NCBI RefSeq assembly: GCF_964194155.1
Contig: NC_135898.1
Span: 21,018,001-21,082,000, forward strand
DNA: 64,000 nucleotides
Source of the DNA: Cetorhinus maximus
Lineage: Eukaryota
Reading direction: 5' to 3'
In this document: positions 63,520-64,000 of the stretch, piece by piece
Numbering within the stretch: position 1 is the first letter of the stretch
Layout of the letters: the number at the start of each line of letters is the position of its first letter
Notes under the pieces: model-generated
Told to the model about the DNA's origin: nothing
The model's database searches: none
Seen by the model: only the letters and a program-made list of their open reading frames with translations
Program-made: the position numbers and the translations under genes

Positions 63520-63767
63520 AAAAACAGAAAATGCTGGAAAAACTCAGCAGGTCTGACAGCATCTATGGAGGAAAAAAAAAACAAGAGTTAACGTTTCGAG
63601 TCCTTGTGACTCTTCAGCTCTTCACTTCTTCAGAGCTGAAGAAGAGTCACAAGGACGCGAAACGTTAACTCTTTTTTTCTCTCCACGGATGCTGTCAGAC
63701 CTGCTGAGTTTTTCCAGCATTTTCTGTTTTTGTTTCAGATTTCCAGCATCCGCAGTATTTTGCTTTT
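63520..63767. mobile_element. Penelope pLTR hairpin inserted into an L2 fragment (~63340-63890)
   Basis: Near-perfect palindrome; CTGAAGA-A-GAGTC...GAAAC at 63636-63663; 14-bp TSD AGACAGGTGGAGGC. Confidence 0.88.
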
Positions 63768-64000
63768 AGACAGGTGGAGGCGCTTAAGGAGGGCTGAAGA
63801 CACGGCCGCCAATGGTGGCGTGATTAAAATCAGGGAAACACAAGAGGCCAGAATTGGAGGAATGCGGAGCACGGATCTGTGAAGGTGGCAGGACAAGTTC
63901 ACAAAGCTGGAAAGCAAGCATAACGTGTTCCTGAGCTTTATTAATTGAGGCATAAGAGTACAAAAGCAAGGAAGTTCTTCTGTATGACCGGTGAATCTTA

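Overview
Vertebrate genomic DNA, most likely from a cartilaginous fish, judged from the repeat set (V-SINE, Deu-type SINE, CR1, L2, RTE, Penelope). Three protein-coding genes were rebuilt by hand from GT-AG splice sites. (1) VDAC3 on + is complete (CDS 7301-22314, 283 aa) and has a candidate 3-nt ATG microexon at 13219-13221. (2) The last five exons of a PRKG1-like cGMP-dependent kinase lie on - (34256-30385); the 5' exons are missing and probably fall in the 200-N gap at 37330-37529. (3) An ATAD1/Msp1 gene of the atad1a type is complete on - (58295-47989, 378 aa). A fourth, unidentified gene starts near 62880 on + behind a CCAAT/CHR cell-cycle-type promoter. The main mobile-DNA signal is a Penelope-like retroelement (RT + GIY-YIG) with an inverted pLTR. 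Many short hairpin derivatives of it carry 11-16 bp target-site duplications and minimal hammerhead-ribozyme motifs, one lineage with a non-canonical CUGUUGA core. Gene names and comparisons to human or zebrafish proteins rest on recalled sequences, not database searches.
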